64,000 nucleotides of DNA from Candidatus Eiseniibacteriota bacterium (GCA_963792585.1 CAWBWI010000002.1:192001-256000); one strand, 5' to 3'; shown: positions 38,560 to 48,943, numbered from the stretch's first letter. Notes: generated by a model not told the origin, from the letters alone. Made by a program: numbers and translations.

Positions 38560-38886
38560 ATGAGCAGAATTCTTCTCTCGGCCCTAGTCCTGACCGTGAG
38601 CCTCGCGGGGTGTGGCAGGGAGGCGAAGCAGGAGGGGCCATCGGAAGGGAACCCACCGCCTTCCGCGCTCCACGCCTCATCGACGGTAGTGCCCGGTTCT
38701 TATGAGGATTGGTGCGGTGAGCACAAGGTCCCGGAATCGTCATGTACTCGATGCGACCCGTCGCTCATTCCGGCGTTCAAGGCCACGAATGACTGGTGCG
38801 CGGAACACGGGCTGCCGGAGTCTCAGTGTCTGACCTGCAATCCGGATCTGAAGATCGTTCGGCCGCCGCAGCCGGAGGGCAGATAG
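38560..38886 (+). CDS. Lipoprotein with two C-x-E-H-x6-CxxC-x-P metal-binding repeats
   Basis: GGAGG RBS; lipobox LAGC; WCGEHKVPESSCTRCDP and WCAEHGLPESQCLTCNP. Confidence 0.8.
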   Translation: MSRILLSALVLTVSLAGCGREAKQEGPSEGNPPPSALHASSTVVPGSYEDWCGEHKVPESSCTRCDPSLIPAFKATNDWCAEHGLPESQCLTCNPDLKIVRPPQPEGR

Positions 38887-40272
38887 ATGCGCGCTATCCT
38901 ATTCGGTCTGATCCTCGCGCTGATCACCTTTTGCACTTCCTGTCAACGCACGGGCAGCTCCTCGGATGCCGAATCCCGAGGTTCCGACTCAGCTGTCCAG
39001 CCCGCTCAGATCGCTTCGAATGCTGAGGGCATGTGTGCTGAGCACGGCGTGCTGGAGGCGGTCTGCACGAAGTGCAATCCGAAGCTCATCCCGATCTTCC
39101 AGGCGAAGGGCGACTGGTGCGCGGAACACGATTTCCCCGAGCCCTTCTGTCCGGTTTGCCATCCTGAGCGGGGTGGAAAGCCCTCAGCAGACGTTGCCAC
39201 GGACGATGCACCGCCCAACGGGCTGCGCGTCGTCCTCCAGTCGAGTGAAGTCGTGGCGGAGGCGGGGATCCGGACGGCGCAGGCCGTCTCCGGAGGGGAG
39301 GCAGGCACCATCATCGCCACCGCGACGATCGTTGCGGACAATGCCAAGAGCGCGCAGGTCAACGCTCGGGCGCCGGGTGTGATCCGCTCATTCAAAGTCG
39401 AACTCGGTTCGCTGGTGGCGAAGGGCGCGCCCCTAGCGGTCATCGCGAGCGCGTCCGTGGCGGATTCGCGCGCCCGACTCAGAGCAGCGCGCGCCCGGGA
39501 GACCGTCGCCGAGGCAAGCCGTGGACGTGAAAGTGGCCTGTACGACCGCGGGATTTCAGCCCAGAAGGAAGTCCAGTCCGCGGAGCAGGCGTATGAAGAG
39601 GCAAAGGCCGAAGTCGCTGCCGCTCTGGCCGCGCTCGAAATGGTGGGTGCCGACGATGGGGAATCGGGAGCGTATGAGCTCCGGGCGCCCATCGGTGGCG
39701 TCATCACGAAGCGTAACTTCACCGTCGGGACGCTGGTCGGCGAAGAGGAGCCCATCTTCGAGATCATCGACACCTCCTCCTTGTGGGCCGACATCGACAT
39801 CCCTGAATCCCAAGCGGGTCAAGTTACGGTCGGCCAGCGGGTCGTTCTGAAGGTGGACGCGCTCGGTGATCGGGAGTTCATAGGGTCCATCCGCTATCTC
39901 GCCCCGCTCATCGATCCTCATACGCGGACGATCCGGGCTCGGGCGGCCCTCGCGAATCCGGATGGGATGCTACGGGCCAACATGTATGCGCGAGCCCACA
40001 TCTTCGCGAGCGCCGGCACCTCTGCCGTTCTCGTGCCGCGCTCGGCCGTCCAGGAAGCGAAAGGGGTTCAGGTCGTCTTTGTCCCCGTCTCCGACCACGA
40101 GTTCGAAACGAGACGCGTGCGGACCAGTCCGTCCGACGGCGAGCTTCTCGCCGTCACGGAGGGTCTCCGCCCGGGGGAAACCGTCGTCACTGATGGGAGC
40201 TTCCTTCTGAAAACAGAGACCCTGAAAGAAAGCATCGGCGCAGGGTGCTGTGATGCCGTCGAGTCCAGATAG
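38887..40272 (+). CDS. czcB: RND efflux periplasmic adaptor (CzcB/CusB-like) with N-terminal Cys/His repeats and GCC tail
   Basis: LRAPIGGVI, LWADIDIPE, IDPHTRTIRARA.L.NPDGMLRANM, VPRSAVQ, GLRPGETVVTDGSFLLK. Confidence 0.8.
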   Translation: MRAILFGLILALITFCTSCQRTGSSSDAESRGSDSAVQPAQIASNAEGMCAEHGVLEAVCTKCNPKLIPIFQAKGDWCAEHDFPEPFCPVCHPERGGKPSADVATDDAPPNGLRVVLQSSEVVAEAGIRTAQAVSGGEAGTIIATATIVADNAKSAQVNARAPGVIRSFKVELGSLVAKGAPLAVIASASVADSRARLRAARARETVAEASRGRESGLYDRGISAQKEVQSAEQAYEEAKAEVAAALAALEMVGADDGESGAYELRAPIGGVITKRNFTVGTLVGEEEPIFEIIDTSSLWADIDIPESQAGQVTVGQRVVLKVDALGDREFIGSIRYLAPLIDPHTRTIRARAALANPDGMLRANMYARAHIFASAGTSAVLVPRSAVQEAKGVQVVFVPVSDHEFETRRVRTSPSDGELLAVTEGLRPGETVVTDGSFLLKTETLKESIGAGCCDAVESR

Positions 40273-40284
40273 GAGAGCCGTACC

Positions 40285-43200
40285 ATGCTAGACAGCATCA
40301 TCAGCTGGTCGATCCGTCACCGGATTGCGGTCATCGTCGGAGGGACCATACTGGCCGCCATCGGAGTCGTCGCCTTGTTGCATCTTCCCATCGATGCCTT
40401 CCCCGACACTACGCCGGTGCAGGTCCAGATCAACACCGTGGCCCCGGCCCTCTCTCCGCTCGAGATCGAGCGTCAGATCACCTCCCCGATCGAGCAGGCG
40501 ATCTCGGGTCTGCCGAAGCTCCACGAGGTTCGTTCGCTCTCGAAGTTCGGCCTGTCACAGGTGACCGTCATCTTCGAGGAGGGCTCCGAGATCTACCTCG
40601 GACGGCAGGTGGTGATGGAGCGCCTGCAATCGGTGGAGCTTCCTCAGGGGATCGCGCGTCCCCAGCTCGGTCCCGTCGCCACTGGCTTGGGCGAGGTCTT
40701 CCACTACCTCGTGACCGGCAAGGGAAAGAGCCTGAGCGAACTCCGAACGGTGCAAGATTGGATCATCAAGCCTCAACTTCGATCCGTTCCGGGGGTCGCC
40801 GAGGTCAACACCTGGGGAGGAGACGAGCGGCAGATCCACGTTCTCGTCGATCCCGTGAACCTGGCGAACTACGGACTCACACTCTCCGATCTCGCGACGG
40901 CTCTGGAACAGAACAACGCGAACGTCGGCGGCGGGTCGCTCGATCAGGCGGGCCAATCCGCCCTCATCCAGGGGATCGGCATCATCACCTCGCTAACGGA
41001 TGTGGAGAACATCATCATATCCTCTCGGGACGGCATCCCGACCCGCGTCCGCGACGTCGCGACCGTGGTCGATGGGCGGGAAATCCGGCGTGGAGCCGTG
41101 ACCGCGGACGGAACGGGAGAAGTCGTTCTGGGCCTTGGCTTCATGCTGATGGGTGAGAACAGCCACGATGTCGCTCGAGGACTCCAGGTGCGTCTCGAGG
41201 AGATCAAGAAGAGCCTTCCTCAAGGCGTCGACGTCACCACCGTGTACAACCGTACCGAGCTTGTCGACCACGTCTTGCGCACGGTGAAGGCGAATCTCTT
41301 CGAGGGGGCGTTGCTCGTCATTGCGGTGCTCTTCGTCTTCATGGGCAACGTGCGGGCAGGGCTCATCGTGGCTTCGGCGATTCCGCTCTCCATGCTGTTC
41401 GCGTTCGACCTCATGGTCCGCGCCGGAATCGCCGGCACCTTGATGAGCCTTGGTGCGATCGACTTCGGATTGATCGTCGATAGCTCGGTCATCATGGTGG
41501 AGAACACGGCCCGGCGCCTCTCGGAGGACCGAACGGCACGGTCCAAGACGGACGTCGTGCGGGAGGCCGCGATCGAGGTACGTCGGCCGACAATGTTCGG
41601 TGAACTGATCATCATGATCGTCTATCTGCCGATCCTGGCTCTCGAGGGAGTGGAGGGGAAGCTGTTTCAACCGATGGCGTTGACCGTCATCTTCGCCCTG
41701 ATGGGATCCCTCATCCTCTCCGTCACCCTCATGCCCGCTTTGTGCGCGACGTTTCTTCCCCGCCGGATGCCCGAGAAGGAGAACGCTGTTGTCGCGGGGG
41801 CAAAACGGCTCTACCGGCCTGCCCTGCGCGCTGCAGTGTCGCGGCCCAAGCTCGTTGTGACGGCCGTCGCGTTGCTGGTCGTTGGCGCCGGGGGCTTGGC
41901 GACGCGGCTCGGGTCCGAGTTCGTGCCCCGACTCAGGGAAGGCGCACTCGTGATCAACACGATACGGCTTGCCGGCGTGTCCGTCGATGAATCGGTGCGA
42001 TACGGGCTCCAGATCGAGCGAACCCTCGAGCAGGCGTTTCCTGATGAAATCGAGCGCGTCTGGACCCGCACGGGCACCGCGGAGGTCGCTACGGATCCAA
42101 TGGGCCTGGAGCTATCGGACATCTTCATCACGCTGAAGGACCGGGACCGCTGGCGGCGGGCGAAGACGCAGGACGATCTGGTGCGAGCGATGCAGGAGAG
42201 GCTGTCCGGCCTTCCCGGGATGCGGATGGTCTTCACTCAGCCGATCGAGATGCGTGTGAACGAGATGATTGCGGGAGTCCGCGCGGACGTCGGTGTGAAG
42301 CTGTTCGGGGATGACTTCGAGGTGCTGAAGAGCCGGGCGCGCGAGATCGAGGGTGTGATGAAGCGAATCCCCGGCGCGGCGGACGTCTTCGTGGAGCAGC
42401 TCACCGGGCAACCCGTGCTCGAGATCGCGGTCGACCGCGACGCGATTGCCCGACACGGCATCCCGGCGCACGAAGTGCTCGAGGCGATTGCATCACTCGG
42501 GACTCGCGAGGTCGGTGTGCTCCAGGAAGGCGAGCGTCGTTTTCCCATTGCGATATCGATCGACACGCGATATCGAACGGACGCCGGCGCGGTAGGCCGG
42601 ATTCTGGTGACGGCGACCAACGGCGACCGGGTCCCGCTGGAACGGCTGACCAAGATCCGCATGACGGAAGGGCCGTCCTCGATCAATCGGGAGTGGGGCA
42701 AGCGGCGGGTGGTGATTCAGGCGAATGTTCGGGGGCGCGACGTCGGGAGCTTCGTCTCCGACCTGAAGAGGGAATTGGATACGAAAGTCCCGCTTCCCCC
42801 TGGCTACTACGTACGTTTTGGCGGGCAGTTCGAGCACCTGGAGCGTGCCCGTGCGCGACTCATGCTCGTGGTGCCCCTCGCGCTCCTTCTGATTCTGATT
42901 CTCCTCTACCTCTCGTTTCGAAACCTGTCGGACGCGGCCACCGTCTTTACCGGAGTGCCCTTTGCGGCGGTCGGTGGCATTCTGGCGCTATGGATGAGGG
43001 GAATTCCATTCAGCATCTCGGCGGCCGTGGGATTCGTCGCGCTTTTCGGTGTGGCTGTCTTGAATGGGCTCGTGCTGGTTTCGACCATCCGGGACTCGCT
43101 GGCCCGGAAGGAATCGATGGACGATGCGATCGAGCATGCAGCGGAGCGGCGGCTTCGGCCGGTGTTGATGACCGCTCTCGTTGCGAGCTTGGGTTTCATC

Positions 43201-43350
43201 CCCATGGCGCTCAACACAGGAATCGGCGCTGAGGTGCAGAAGCCCCTCGCCACGGTCGTCATTGGCGGTTTGGTCTCATCAACCATCCTGACGCTCCTCG
43301 TCCTTCCGGTGCTCTACGGGATCCGCGGGAGGATGCGGCGGGCCACATAG
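40285..43350 (+). CDS. czcA: CusA/CzcA heavy-metal RND efflux permease
   Basis: LPIDAFPD, MSLGAIDFGLIVDSSVIMVEN, EGKLFQPMA, RLRPVLMTALVASLGFIPMA, GAEVQKPLATVVIGGL. Confidence 0.92.
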   Translation: MLDSIISWSIRHRIAVIVGGTILAAIGVVALLHLPIDAFPDTTPVQVQINTVAPALSPLEIERQITSPIEQAISGLPKLHEVRSLSKFGLSQVTVIFEEGSEIYLGRQVVMERLQSVELPQGIARPQLGPVATGLGEVFHYLVTGKGKSLSELRTVQDWIIKPQLRSVPGVAEVNTWGGDERQIHVLVDPVNLANYGLTLSDLATALEQNNANVGGGSLDQAGQSALIQGIGIITSLTDVENIIISSRDGIPTRVRDVATVVDGREIRRGAVTADGTGEVVLGLGFMLMGENSHDVARGLQVRLEEIKKSLPQGVDVTTVYNRTELVDHVLRTVKANLFEGALLVIAVLFVFMGNVRAGLIVASAIPLSMLFAFDLMVRAGIAGTLMSLGAIDFGLIVDSSVIMVENTARRLSEDRTARSKTDVVREAAIEVRRPTMFGELIIMIVYLPILALEGVEGKLFQPMALTVIFALMGSLILSVTLMPALCATFLPRRMPEKENAVVAGAKRLYRPALRAAVSRPKLVVTAVALLVVGAGGLATRLGSEFVPRLREGALVINTIRLAGVSVDESVRYGLQIERTLEQAFPDEIERVWTRTGTAEVATDPMGLELSDIFITLKDRDRWRRAKTQDDLVRAMQERLSGLPGMRMVFTQPIEMRVNEMIAGVRADVGVKLFGDDFEVLKSRAREIEGVMKRIPGAADVFVEQLTGQPVLEIAVDRDAIARHGIPAHEVLEAIASLGTREVGVLQEGERRFPIAISIDTRYRTDAGAVGRILVTATNGDRVPLERLTKIRMTEGPSSINREWGKRRVVIQANVRGRDVGSFVSDLKRELDTKVPLPPGYYVRFGGQFEHLERARARLMLVVPLALLLILILLYLSFRNLSDAATVFTGVPFAAVGGILALWMRGIPFSISAAVGFVALFGVAVLNGLVLVSTIRDSLARKESMDDAIEHAAERRLRPVLMTALVASLGFIPMALNTGIGAEVQKPLATVVIGGLVSSTILTLLVLPVLYGIRGRMRRAT

Positions 43351-43616
43351 AAGGGGAAATCATGGCGAGCCGGGTTCGCGTTTGCCGGACCCAGCCTCCG
43401 CCGCCCTCCTGCCGACGCGTACCGGAAACGGAGAAATCCACGGGATTGGCAATCCAACCCACCGGGAACCTCGTATTCCCTGGTGACGGGCGCGGGACCA
43501 TGCGGCTGCGCCCGCGAATCAATTCACATTTCGGGTGGGGCCCCGGCGTTGCGAATTCCGTCATCCATGCGAAGGCGGATTGGCAGTTCGCATGTCTCGA
43601 AGGGAGAGGACGGACG

Positions 43617-44888
43617 ATGATCGGTCACCGGGAGTTGGACCTTCACCTGACACCAGAGCAGCGGGCCCTCAAGGAGGGTGTGCACCAGTTCGCCGCGCAG
43701 GTATTGCGTCCCACTGCGACGGCCCTCGATCGGTTGAGCGATCCGCAGCAGGTGATCGATCCGGCATCCCCTCTGTGGACAGCGCTGAAGGCGGCATACG
43801 CGGAGGGGTTCCATACGGCGCTCATTCCGACGCAGTGCGGTGGGCTCGGCCTGCAGGGCCTGAGCCTGCATATTGCGCTCGAGGAACTGGGCTGGGGCAG
43901 TGCGGAGTTTGCCGCGAGTCTCGCCGTGGCCGGATTTCCGTTCGCCTCCGTGGCTGCGAGCGGTCGCCCGGAACTGATCGAGGAGTTCGTCGTGCCCTTC
44001 GTAGCCGACAAGGAAGCCCGCATCGTGGGCTGCTGGGCGATCACCGAACCGAACCATGGCTCCGATCAGTTCATGACCGGAATGCCGCAGTTTCACGACG
44101 CAGCGATCGCGGCCCAGGTCCGTGCGCAGCCGGACGGAGACCACTACGTCGTCAACGGCCAGAAGGCCAGCTGGGTGTCCAACGGGACGATCGCCACGCA
44201 TGCGATCACATATCTCGCCCTCGATGCAGCGAAGGGATTGGCCGGCGGGGGTGTGGCGATGATTCCGTTGAATCTGCCCGGTGTGTCCAAAGGGCCGCCG
44301 CTGGACAAGATGGGTCAGCGCGCCCTGAACCAGGGCAGCATCACCTTCACGAACGCGCGGATTCCCAGGCGGTACGTGCTGGCAGAAGCGGACGCGTACG
44401 AAGCGGTCCTCCAGCAGACGCTGGTGTTGACCAACGGGGCCATGGGGGCCGTATTCACCGGCGTTGCCCGGGCCGCTTATGAAGCGGCTCTGGCCTATGC
44501 CAAGACCCGAGTGCAGGGGGGCAAGCCGATCTGCGAGCACCAGCTGGTCCAGAAGCACCTGTTCGAGATGTTCACAAAGGTCGAGACCTGCCGAGCCCTG
44601 TCGCGGGCCGTGATGGTTTACAACGCCGCCGCGCAGCCCCCTTCCCTCGAGCACGCGATTGCGGCCAAGGTCTACTGCACGCAGGCGTGCCTGGAGGTTA
44701 CCGACACGGCGCTCCAGCTATTCGGGGGCAACGGCCTCAGCCGGGAGTACCCGATCGAGAAGCTCTACCGAGACGCGCGCGCCTCGCTGATCGAGGACGG
44801 CGCGAATGACGTTCTGATGCTGGTGGGCGCGCGGCGGCTGCTGGCGGCGAAGGGAGATGCAACGCCGGCCGAGGTTTTGAGTGCGTGA
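43617..44888 (+). CDS. Acyl-CoA dehydrogenase family protein
   Basis: CWAITEPNHGSD, NGQKASWVSNG, KMGQRA, RVQGGKPICEHQLV, QLFGGNGLSREYPIEKLYRDAR...IEDG. Confidence 0.9.
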   Translation: MIGHRELDLHLTPEQRALKEGVHQFAAQVLRPTATALDRLSDPQQVIDPASPLWTALKAAYAEGFHTALIPTQCGGLGLQGLSLHIALEELGWGSAEFAASLAVAGFPFASVAASGRPELIEEFVVPFVADKEARIVGCWAITEPNHGSDQFMTGMPQFHDAAIAAQVRAQPDGDHYVVNGQKASWVSNGTIATHAITYLALDAAKGLAGGGVAMIPLNLPGVSKGPPLDKMGQRALNQGSITFTNARIPRRYVLAEADAYEAVLQQTLVLTNGAMGAVFTGVARAAYEAALAYAKTRVQGGKPICEHQLVQKHLFEMFTKVETCRALSRAVMVYNAAAQPPSLEHAIAAKVYCTQACLEVTDTALQLFGGNGLSREYPIEKLYRDARASLIEDGANDVLMLVGARRLLAAKGDATPAEVLSA

Positions 44889-45136
44889 CCAGCAGATGAG
44901 GGCGATCTCGCGATAGGCCGGGCGCCCGCCAGCGTGGACGAGATCGACATGCATCGCAGGGAGCCGCGGAGCATCGAGCGGGTCCTGACGTCCGGAGTTC
45001 TCCACGAGGATCATAGCCGTGCCCCGATCGGGGAGAGCGTATCAACCTCCACCGGATGGCGACTTCTCACCAGTCGATCCGGCGTCCAGATACGCACGTC
45101 CCTTGCATCGGCATCCACGATTTGGAGGCAGAACCC

Positions 45137-46108
45137 ATGCTCAATCTCGTTTCAGCCCCCAGTCCTGCCGCACGTTCCTTTCTCTGCGAATTCGTCGGTT
45201 TTCTCATAGCGTCCTTGTTTCTCGCGGTTTCCTCAGCAGGCGCCACCGTGACCTTCGCGTCTCAGTTCCGCGACGTCACCACCTTTGCGACCGTGGATCG
45301 TGTCCAGGGCGAGGATCCCTTCTGCACGAGCGACGAATCATCGGATCAGGGCGGAGGATTCGATCAGACGGTCAGCTGCCAGGCCGGCGAGGGTGGGAAT
45401 CGGGCCCTCGGCACCGCGTCGCAACTTTCCTATGTCCAACTCCCGACCCTCATCGCGGAGGGATCCTTCCAGGCGACCGCCGAGATCGACGGCGAAGCGA
45501 CGTTTGCCGAGGGCTTCGGCGGGAGCCGGTTAATCTCCGAGTTCTCTGTCGACGAGCCGATCGAGATCCGCCTCATGGCGACGATCTTCGCCGACGGCAA
45601 CGGGACGGCGAACCTGGTCTTCCGCGTCAAGGACGGAACGCTCTTCGTCTACCGGTCGATTCATGACACCAGCGATTCGATCGATGAGCGGATCACGCTC
45701 CCCCCGGGAGTGTACGAGTTGACGGCCACCGTCGGCGGCTACGGCCAGGCGCTTCAAGGCGGGGGAGGCGAGCCGGCCCGCGGGAGCTTCGCGCTTTCGA
45801 TGCACTTCCCCGACGCGGCGGATGTGGAACCGCCAACCGCCTTTGCCTCGGCCCGCTCGATCCCGGGGATCGTCCCGAATCCCGTGCGCTCCCAAGCGCG
45901 AATCCTCCCCGTTGCCGGATCGGGGCCCTTGGGCGGTGACGTCGACATCCTCAACCTCGCGGGACGGGCGGTGCGACGCCTGCAGGACCTGCCACCGCAG
46001 GGATTGGACTGGGACGTCACGGATGATGCGGGCCGTCCCTTGCCTGCCGGGATCTACTTCGTGCGCGACGCCATGGGCCGATCGAGCAAGGCGATCGTTC
46101 TGCGGTAG
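45137..46108 (+). CDS. Secreted hypothetical protein with C-terminal FlgD-Ig/T9SS-like domain
   Basis: GGAGG RBS; signal peptide; VPNPVR...NLAGRAVRRL...WDVTDDAGRPLPAGIYFVR...IVLR. Confidence 0.8.
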   Translation: MLNLVSAPSPAARSFLCEFVGFLIASLFLAVSSAGATVTFASQFRDVTTFATVDRVQGEDPFCTSDESSDQGGGFDQTVSCQAGEGGNRALGTASQLSYVQLPTLIAEGSFQATAEIDGEATFAEGFGGSRLISEFSVDEPIEIRLMATIFADGNGTANLVFRVKDGTLFVYRSIHDTSDSIDERITLPPGVYELTATVGGYGQALQGGGGEPARGSFALSMHFPDAADVEPPTAFASARSIPGIVPNPVRSQARILPVAGSGPLGGDVDILNLAGRAVRRLQDLPPQGLDWDVTDDAGRPLPAGIYFVRDAMGRSSKAIVLR

Positions 46109-46277
46109 AGCGATCCCGAACACGAGGTCGACCGCCCGGGACCGACCGAATCTCGATCCGCCCGATGCGCCGGAACCCCTGTCTCGGGTTCCGGCGCCGC
46201 CGCGTTTCTCGAGACCCCGGTTCGGATCCAAATGACCTGGAAATCACCTTCCCGTAGAATGACACCCGGAATCACGT

Positions 46278-48326
46278 GTGGGAAGGAGGACCGTTCAGCC
46301 AAGTGCAGGGGTCCCGGCCGTGAAGAGATCGGAGGCTCCACTTCGCCGCATTCATGAAGAGCGACGCAAATCGCCCGGCCCCCGTCGACCGAGCGCTCCA
46401 GGCCCGACCCCTTTGATCCGCATTCGGAGCACGGGGCTTCGGGCCGCACGCGCGCTTCTCGGCCGCATCCTCTTGGCGTCGGCCATCGCCGCGCTCGCCG
46501 CTGGCAAGGTCGTTACCGCTCCAGCCGTGCCCTCAATGTCGACCGATATCCTTCAGCAGCCCTCCCCGCGCGTCTTGGTGCTCTTCTCGGGCGACCGTCT
46601 GTCCCCGGCCAACATCCTTTTCGACGAGGCGTTTCGCCGCGCCCTCTCCGCCGGCCCCGGGGAGCCGGTCGAGTCCTCCGAGGAATTTCTCGACGAGGTG
46701 GATTTCCCCGTGCGTTACCAGGACCGCATGGCGGGCCTCCTCCGCGAGAAGTACGGGGAGCATCCGCCCGATGTCATCGTCACTCTTGGTTCGTCGAGTT
46801 TCGACCTCGCCCTCCGGATCCGTCCGCCGCTCTTCCCGAATGCTCCGATTGTCTTTGCGGGCCTGAGTCATGACCCCGCGGGAGGAGCGAGAGAGCCCGG
46901 CGTGACCGGGGCGTTCTCGAGCGTCGACCTGCCGGCGACCCTACGCCTCGCGATGCGCCTCCATCCTCGCACCCAGCGGGTGTTCGTGATCTCGGGGAAG
47001 ACTGGGCCCGCCACACCGGATTCTGTACGGGCGCAGTTCCTAGGTGCGGACTCCGGGGTCTCTCTCCACGTTCTCCAGGCGTTGTCCCTCCCCGATCTCC
47101 AGCGAGCATTGTCGAGTCTGCCCGAGCACAGCTTGGTCATCGATCTGTCCGACCTGGGAGGTGATTCCGCGAGTTGGGCTCACCGGGAGGAGTCGACGCG
47201 ACGCATGGCGGCGGCCACGAATGCGCCGATCTACGGGGTCTCGGATCCGCTGGTCGGATGGGGTCTCGTAGGAGCCGTCGTGACGCCGGTCGACTCGATC
47301 GGACAGGCGGCGGCGGCCATGACCCGCGAGATCCTTTCGCGTTCGTTCGAGGATCAACTACCCGTGGTGCGGAGATTGGAGGCGGCGCCGCTGGTCGATT
47401 GGCGCCAGGCGCGCCGCTGGCACGTGCACAAGAACCAGATCCCCGCGGGGAGTATCCTGCGAAACGAGTCCCGCTCCTTCTGGCAGCAGTACCGCTTGCT
47501 GGTGACCACATGGGGCGGGCTCTTCCTGCTGCAGAGCGGTCTCATCATCGCCCTCGTTCTCCAGAGTCGTCGCCGTCGCCGCGCGGAGCTGGAAGCCCGC
47601 AGACGGCGCGAGGAACTCGCACACATGACCCGCGTGGCGACCATGGGGGAGCTCACAGCGTCGCTGGCCCACGAGATCAACCAACCGCTGGCCGCGATTC
47701 TGAGCAACGCGCAGGCGGGCACCCGACTCCTCGCGAACGACGATTTCAACCTGGACGAGATCCGCGAAATCCTCTCCGATATCGCAGCGGACGACCTGCG
47801 CGCAGGTGAAGTCATCCGCCGCATGCGCACCTTGCTCCGCAAGGGGGAGTTCCGTCCGACGGAGCTGGACGTGAACGATCTGGTCGAAGAAGTCGTAGGG
47901 CTCGTTCGGGGAGAGCTGATCCTGCAGAATGTCGTCCTCACGCTCGATCTCACTCCCAGGCTGCGTCCCGTCCACGGCGACCGGGTTCAGTTGCAGCAGG
48001 TGCTCCTGAACCTCATGATGAACGCACTGGATGCGATGAAGGAAGTCCCCGATGGAAGTCGCCGGGTCCTGGTCCGTTCCACACTATCCGACGCGAACTT
48101 CGTCCAGGTCTCCGTCGATGACACAGGCGCCGGCATTCCCGCGGGCGATCTCGAGAAGTGCTTCGAGCCGTTCGTCACGACCAAGGCGCACGGATTGGGG
48201 TTGGGGCTTTCGATCTGCCGCTCGATCATCCAGGCCCACGGCGGGCGTATCGGATCGAAGAACAATTCCGGCCGGGGAGCAACCTTCTGGTTTACGCTGC
48301 CGGCCGTGGACGAGAAGAAGCCATGA
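46278..48326 (+). CDS. Membrane sensor histidine kinase (ABC-substrate-binding-like periplasmic domain; FixL/NodV-type core); start uncertain
   Basis: GELTASLAHEINQPL (H-box), DRVQLQQVLLNLMMNA, DTGAGIP, FEPFVTTK..GLGLGLSIC. Confidence 0.88.
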   Translation: MGRRTVQPSAGVPAVKRSEAPLRRIHEERRKSPGPRRPSAPGPTPLIRIRSTGLRAARALLGRILLASAIAALAAGKVVTAPAVPSMSTDILQQPSPRVLVLFSGDRLSPANILFDEAFRRALSAGPGEPVESSEEFLDEVDFPVRYQDRMAGLLREKYGEHPPDVIVTLGSSSFDLALRIRPPLFPNAPIVFAGLSHDPAGGAREPGVTGAFSSVDLPATLRLAMRLHPRTQRVFVISGKTGPATPDSVRAQFLGADSGVSLHVLQALSLPDLQRALSSLPEHSLVIDLSDLGGDSASWAHREESTRRMAAATNAPIYGVSDPLVGWGLVGAVVTPVDSIGQAAAAMTREILSRSFEDQLPVVRRLEAAPLVDWRQARRWHVHKNQIPAGSILRNESRSFWQQYRLLVTTWGGLFLLQSGLIIALVLQSRRRRRAELEARRRREELAHMTRVATMGELTASLAHEINQPLAAILSNAQAGTRLLANDDFNLDEIREILSDIAADDLRAGEVIRRMRTLLRKGEFRPTELDVNDLVEEVVGLVRGELILQNVVLTLDLTPRLRPVHGDRVQLQQVLLNLMMNALDAMKEVPDGSRRVLVRSTLSDANFVQVSVDDTGAGIPAGDLEKCFEPFVTTKAHGLGLGLSICRSIIQAHGGRIGSKNNSGRGATFWFTLPAVDEKKP

Positions 48327-48943
48327 ATGCCTCTGGATCGATCGTATTCGTAGTCGACGACGAGCCGTCCGTCCGCAAGAGCCTGGGAAGGCTTCTGAAA
48401 GCGGCCGGCTACAGGACCGAGGCATACGCGTCGGCGCGCGAGTTCCTGCAGCGTTGGAAGGGGGACGAGGTCGCGTGTCTGGTGCTCGACGTCCAGATGC
48501 CCGACCTGAACGGGATGGAGCTGCAGCAGGTTCTGGCGAGGTCGGACCATCCCGTCTCGATCGTATTCATCACGGGCCACGGGGACATCCCCACGAGCGT
48601 GCGGGCCATGAAGGCCGGAGCGACCGATTTTCTGTCCAAGCCCTTCGACGAGAAGGACCTGCTCGACGCCATCGAACGGGCGCTGCAAAAGGCGGCCTCC
48701 GAGCTCGATGACCAGGCGGCCGGCCGCGAGGCGCACCGGCGTCTGGCGACCCTGACGCCGCGCGAGCATGAGGTGCTGCTGCACGTGCTCGCGGGCGAGT
48801 TGAACAAGCAGATCGCCACGGCGCTTGGCGCTTCCGAGAAGACGATCAAGGTGCACCGGGGTCGGGTCATGCACAAGATGGGCGTTCGCTCCGTCGCCGA
48901 CCTGGTCCGCCTCTGCGAGAAGGCAGGCATTCGACTGGCCTGA
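48323..48943 (+). CDS. FixJ/NodW-type response regulator (REC + LuxR HTH)
   Basis: VVDDE, LDVQMP, FITGHGDIP, KPF, LTPREHEV...NKQIA..LGASEKTIKVHRGRVM.KM; ATGA overlap. Confidence 0.92.
   Translation: MNASGSIVFVVDDEPSVRKSLGRLLKAAGYRTEAYASAREFLQRWKGDEVACLVLDVQMPDLNGMELQQVLARSDHPVSIVFITGHGDIPTSVRAMKAGATDFLSKPFDEKDLLDAIERALQKAASELDDQAAGREAHRRLATLTPREHEVLLHVLAGELNKQIATALGASEKTIKVHRGRVMHKMGVRSVADLVRLCEKAGIRLA

Noticed and set aside
39148..39162. CPVCH in the RND adaptor as a heme c site
   Set aside because: It is one of four CxxC-x-P repeat copies; the others have D or N instead of H.
43436..43455. Overlapping palindromes AATCC-ACG-GGATT and GGATTG-G-CAATCC
   Set aside because: Short, single occurrence and no candidate regulator; cannot be separated from chance.
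43580..43597. TTGGCA... upstream of the acyl-CoA dehydrogenase as a sigma54 promoter
   Set aside because: The -12 position reads GT rather than GC; no supporting activator is nearby.
46278..48943. Calling the two-component system TtrS/TtrR for the OTR operon
   Set aside because: 26 kb away, generic FixL/FixJ-type motifs, and the OTR operon has its own Rrf2 regulator and operator.
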